Assembly: GCA_002269645.1 (NCBI GenBank)
Contig: NIVC01002648.1
Location: forward strand, 1 to 64,000
Length of the DNA: 64,000 nt
Origin: Macrostomum lignano
Taxonomy: Eukaryota
Reading direction: 5' to 3'
Positions 63,094 to 64,000 of the stretch are shown here, one piece after another (within the stretch, counting starts at the first letter, position 1; each line of letters opens with the position of its first letter). Below the pieces are notes generated by a model, which saw only the letters and a program-made list of their open reading frames with translations, had not been told where the DNA came from and made no database searches. Made by a program: the position numbers and the translations under genes.

Positions 63094-64000
63094 CAGTGAA
63101 GGCCAGACGCGGTGTTTATACTAAATAGTTTCCTGGAAATCCGAACATTATTTCTTAGAAAGCAGACAAGCGTACTTTAGGTATTTTTTAATAATTTGTT
63201 AAATCTGCCTATATCCAGAGACTTGGCTAGCCCGATCGGGAATAATATTGTATTCAAGCTTTTAATTTGTATAAGTAGCACCAGCATTGCCTGCAGGTTT
63301 CTAGCTTTCTAGCTAAACAGAAATTTCAACCACTTTTTATGTTTTTTAGCCCGTCGTTCGTTAAATTTAGTTATTTCGTTAGTTTTTATTGTTGGTATCG
63401 ATCGTTTTTGTCGTTAATTTTACTTATAATACTACTGCTAATAGTATTGATTTTTTATACTGTACTGTTATGTTTTAGTATTTATTCATATAGGCAAAAT
63501 CTCGGTTTGAGTAAACAATATTAAAATTATTTCAGATTGCACAAACTTGTTCTTATCCATTTTGTGTGAATAAGGACACGGTGTACTTGCTAATCTGTTC
63601 CTGTCTCTTACTTGCTTGCACTGGACTGGACTCGGGTTTATGTATAATTTCTTTTTACTTTGAAACTTTGTAGTTTCAAGTTTATTTTTTGCATTGCGTT
63701 TATATTAGCCACCTGCAGGTCTTCATGTGCTAAGATTTTCTAATAATTTTTCTATACTGAAAGTCTGAAACAACTGCCTTATTTTATTTCATGATCTGCG
63801 ATTTAAAGAAACATAAAAGGACAAAGAAGGTTGCTCCTTGACCAGATGGTTTATCTGGCTTAAACCTGATTTTTCTGTACAGCGTGTTTGTTTTAGTGCG
63901 TTACAATTTAGTTCTTGTGTGTCTGTGTACTTTCAATTTCATTTTTTTATGTTGATCCGTCAGTCTTTGTGTAGTTTTATAATATTCCCAAGTTTTATAT

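Noticed and set aside
63080-63140. Hammerhead ribozyme (rc GAAAC...CTGATGA)
   Set aside because: Stems I and II do not pair.

Overview
Eukaryotic (metazoan) genomic DNA, not prokaryotic. GC-rich exons with CAG/GCC low-complexity tracts, GT-AG introns, mariner elements and very dense minisatellites suggest an invertebrate, most like a free-living flatworm such as Macrostomum (inference only). I reconstructed three spliced + strand genes by hand: (1) PPP1R10/PNUTS, about 8833-13498, 3 exons; (2) DENND5/Rab6IP1, 26623-46642, 12 core exons plus two candidate frame-preserving cassette exons of 36 and 84 nt; (3) an unannotated 183-aa secreted precursor with two C-C-CC-C-C knottin-like modules, 48444-51193. 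The window also holds a frameshifted terminal exon of a Ly6/uPAR (quiver-like) GPI protein at its start, an intact tRNA-Ser(CGA) antisense in a DENND5 intron, four defective mariners, Harbinger-type MITEs, two short 28S rRNA fragments, and a 966-bp promoter-plus-orphan-ORF cassette present twice in inverted orientation (17.2 and 62.1 kb). By my tally about 20 kb (about 30%) is tandem arrays, and these explain most long ORFs in the ORF track. Best leads: the double-knottin precursor, the duplicated orphan cassette with a shared frameshift, the splice-site-abutting intronic arrays, the DENND5 microexons, and a possible non-AUG start of PNUTS. No database searches were run; homology calls rest on motifs recalled from known families.
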